From NCBI GenBank assembly GCA_025210655.1, contig JAOARG010000065.1:5959-29958 (forward strand): a stretch of 24,000 nucleotides of DNA, written 5' to 3'. The DNA comes from Bacillota bacterium. GTDB taxonomy: Bacteria; Bacillota; Clostridia; Peptostreptococcales; Acidaminobacteraceae. The notes beneath the pieces are model-generated. The model was given only the letters and a program-made list of their open reading frames with translations. It ran no database searches and was not told the origin of the DNA. Positions within the stretch are counted from its first letter, which is position 1; the number at the start of each line of letters is the position of its first letter. Below, piece after piece: positions 21,676 to 24,000 of this stretch. Both the position numbers and the translations under genes were made by a program.

Positions 21676-24000
21676 TTAAATCCTAAGAACTCTCATAGAA
21701 TTCAGTATTGCTATTAGTGCAACTCCCACATCGGCAAATATAGCTTCATACATAGTTGCTATACCTATTGCTCCTAATGTCAGGAAGAATATTTTTACAC
21801 CAAGGGCAAACACTATATTTTGTATAACTATTCTTCTAGTTTTTTTCGCTACATATTTTGCCTCTAAAATTTTTGTTGGCTCATCTGTCATAAGTACTAT
21901 GTCAGCAGCTTCAATTGCAGCATCAGAACCAATGCCACCCATAGCAACTCCAATATCGGCCCTTGCTAGTACAGGAGCATCATTTATTCCATCACCTACA
22001 AACAAAACTTTCCTACCCTCATCAATTAGTTTCTCTACATGGATGAGCTTATCTTGAGGTAAAAGTTCACTAAAAACTGTATCAATCTTTAGTTCCTTTG
22101 CAACCTTATCAGCAATCTCAGACTGATCGCCAGTTAACATTACTATATCCTTTGCCCCATGACTTCTCAACTTATCAGATAGACCATAGGCATCACTTTT
22201 TATCTCATCAGCAATATAAATTGCACCTATATAGGAACCATCATATGCAACATGTACTATTGTTCCAGTTGTATCGTTTGTATATCCTTTTATACCACTG
22301 TTATCCATAAGTCTACTATTTCCTACAAGGAGAATCTTACCATCATAATTTCCCTGCAAACCCTGTCCAGCAACTTCCTTCACATCACTCACAGAATCAG
22401 CTAGTAAATCTTTACCATAATACTTCACCACAGACTGCGCTATAGGGTGATTTGAATGTTGTTCGAGTTGAGCAGCAAGCTCTAGAGTCCTATCTCCTTC
22501 TACCTTAGCTACAACAAAATTCCCCCTTGTCAAAGTACCAGTCTTATCAAAAACAAATGTATCAATAGAGTTTAGAGCTTCCAAATAATTTCCACCCTTA
22601 ACAAGTACACCCTTTCTACTGGCAGATCCAAGACCTCCAAAGAATCCAAGGGGTACACTAAGAACAAGTGCACAAGGACAAGAAATTACAAGGAAGATAA
22701 GTGCTCTGGAAATCCAATCAGAAAATTCCCCAAAGCCTAATAGCGGAGGCAAAATTCCCAATAAAACAGCAGATATAACAACTATAGGTGTATATACCTT
22801 GGCAAACTTAGTAATAAACTGCTCTGTCTTGGCTTTTTTACCAGTTGCATTTTCAACCATATCAAGGATTCTTGCAACAGTTGAATTACTAAATGTCTTT
22901 GTAACTTCAACTGTAAGCACTTTATCAATATTTATTGCACCACTTAAAATACTATCTCCTGTCTCAACACTCCTAGGCACACTTTCTCCAGTAAGTGCAG
23001 AAGTATCTAAAGTAGATATTCCCTTAATAATTTTACCATCAACAGGTACTCTTTCTCCTGCCTTTACCGTCACTATATCTCCAACTGATAGTACCTCAGG
23101 CTCAACCCTTTTTATCTGATCTCCAACCATTAAGTTTGCATATTCTGCCTTTATATTTAAAAGTGAAGTAATGCTTCTTCTACTTTTATCAACTGCATAG
23201 TCCTGAAATCCTTCTCCAACTTTGAAAAATAACATAACCATAACAGCCTCGTTATATTCCCCTAGTAAAAAAGCACCAATAGTTGCAATAGTCATTAAAA
23301 AATTTTCATCAAATAGTTGACCTCTAGCAATATTCTTAAATGCTCTTTTAGCTACATCTCCACCTATCAAGATATAAGCAAGTAGATAAAGTGGTATTCT
23401 CATATTTTCAGGAACACTTAAAAGTATTAGGGTAAAAACTATCGCCGCCCCTACAATAGTTCTTAAGTTGTCTTTAATAATTTTAACAAGCTTATTTTCT
23501 TTTTGAGTTGACAATGCACCATCATTTAAACTTGTACGGCTAGTTTCAAGAAGTTTTTCTTCTGATACTTCAACACCATCTTCAACACTATCAACTATCA
23601 ATTGTATTACTTTTCTCATAATACTCTTTTCTTCTTTACTCTCAACAATAAGCTTTTTTGTAGCAAAACTAAAATTCAAATCTGATATTTTATCATTTTT
23701 GAGTAATATTCCTTCAATCTTAGATGCACAAGAAGAACAATTAAGACCATTTAAGTAAAAAGTATGCTCCTTAGTCTTAGATATCTGATACACCTTTACA
23801 TCAGGTTCAAGTTCACTGACTATTTTTTTGGTTTCATCTATTATTTCATATCTCTTTGATTTGTCACCCAGACCAATTTCCATCTTCTCAAGTGCCAAGT
23901 TAACACTTGAGCTCGATACACCTTCTAACTTTCCAACAAGGCTCTCAATTTTAGATGCACATCCAGCACAACACAAGCCTTCCAATCTTAATTCAACCAT
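21676..24000 (-). CDS. heavy-metal translocating P1B-type ATPase (Cd/Zn/Co-type) with two N-terminal HMA domains
   Basis: The ATG occupies the last three bases of the window (24000..23998), so the true start could lie further upstream. Two HMA motifs are present, GLCCAGCASKIE and GLNCSSCASKIE. Other motifs: TM CPC motif SCPCALVLSVP, phosphorylation site FDKTGTLT, HP motif SNHPIA and hinge VGDGINDAP. Confidence 0.9.
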   Translation of the reverse strand: MVELRLEGLCCAGCASKIESLVGKLEGVSSSSVNLALEKMEIGLGDKSKRYEIIDETKKIVSELEPDVKVYQISKTKEHTFYLNGLNCSSCASKIEGILLKNDKISDLNFSFATKKLIVESKEEKSIMRKVIQLIVDSVEDGVEVSEEKLLETSRTSLNDGALSTQKENKLVKIIKDNLRTIVGAAIVFTLILLSVPENMRIPLYLLAYILIGGDVAKRAFKNIARGQLFDENFLMTIATIGAFLLGEYNEAVMVMLFFKVGEGFQDYAVDKSRRSITSLLNIKAEYANLMVGDQIKRVEPEVLSVGDIVTVKAGERVPVDGKIIKGISTLDTSALTGESVPRSVETGDSILSGAINIDKVLTVEVTKTFSNSTVARILDMVENATGKKAKTEQFITKFAKVYTPIVVISAVLLGILPPLLGFGEFSDWISRALIFLVISCPCALVLSVPLGFFGGLGSASRKGVLVKGGNYLEALNSIDTFVFDKTGTLTRGNFVVAKVEGDRTLELAAQLEQHSNHPIAQSVVKYYGKDLLADSVSDVKEVAGQGLQGNYDGKILLVGNSRLMDNSGIKGYTNDTTGTIVHVAYDGSYIGAIYIADEIKSDAYGLSDKLRSHGAKDIVMLTGDQSEIADKVAKELKIDTVFSELLPQDKLIHVEKLIDEGRKVLFVGDGINDAPVLARADIGVAMGGIGSDAAIEAADIVLMTDEPTKILEAKYVAKKTRRIVIQNIVFALGVKIFFLTLGAIGIATMYEAIFADVGVALIAILNSMRVLRI

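Noticed and set aside
869-23119. Short ORFs from the six-frame track lying antisense to, or inside, longer genes: 869-1069+, 3196-3411+, 6736-6927+, 9448-9654+, 9691-9945+, 10436-10621+, 11375-11674+, 13376-13585+, 13959-14213-, 14810-15016-, 15079-15288-, 16631-16837+, 16996-17190+, 17265-17492+, 17310-17507-, 18854-19153+, 19874-20179+, 22098-22310+, 22799-23119+
   Set aside because: Each is fully or largely overlapped by a longer ORF with recognisable family motifs, a good RBS and a terminator. Their translations are low-complexity (Ile/Ser/Leu/Phe-rich), typical of shadow frames in AT-rich DNA, and none has a convincing Shine-Dalgarno sequence.
1-24000. Mobile elements, CRISPR arrays, tRNA/rRNA genes, prophage or known defence systems
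   Set aside because: I saw no transposase, integrase or recombinase motifs, no regularly spaced direct repeats, no cloverleaf-capable GC-rich segments, and no nuclease, helicase or NTPase gene clusters on either strand.

Overview
This is an AT-rich chromosomal segment. It has Gram-positive style AGGAGG ribosome-binding sites, lipoprotein lipoboxes and many clean intrinsic terminators. That pattern, plus a glycyl-radical enzyme and a radical-SAM remnant, suggests an anaerobic Firmicutes/Clostridia-type genome (inference only). I call 22 protein-coding genes and 1 pseudogene; all but three (fetA-like, fetB-like, merR-like) are on the minus strand.

Gene content from left to right:
- a truncated gene at the window edge, and a small 93-aa protein;
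- two exported repeat proteins (a WG-repeat lipoprotein and a DUF4097-like protein);
- an aldehyde dehydrogenase, a Cof-type HAD hydrolase and an orphan lipoprotein;
- a NitT/TauT-type ABC importer operon preceded by a riboswitch-like leader;
- a SnoaL-like protein and a PLP-dependent decarboxylase;
- a padR / CGGC-domain / crp-fnr operon diverging from a FetAB-like exporter;
- a membrane protein with a zinc ribbon;
- a YjjI-family glycyl radical enzyme;
- a decayed B12-binding radical-SAM gene;
- a MATE efflux pump with a divergent MerR/GyrI-like regulator;
- a P1B-type heavy-metal ATPase with two HMA domains.

I saw no rRNA, tRNA, CRISPR array, IS element or recognisable defence system.

The points most worth a second look:
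1. A GC-rich, hairpin-dense element of about 125 nt between the yjjI stop codon and a strong terminator.
2. The orphan YjjI-family enzyme (function unknown in any organism), which has no adjacent activase.
3. The amber-interrupted, chimeric radical-SAM/GyrI-like pseudogene, which sits behind a MerR-style dyad promoter.
4. The unclassified terminator/antiterminator leader of the ABC operon.
5. The two-regulator operon carrying a 7-Cys CGGC protein, facing the FetAB-like exporter.

All family assignments rest on motif recognition by eye. No database search was possible.
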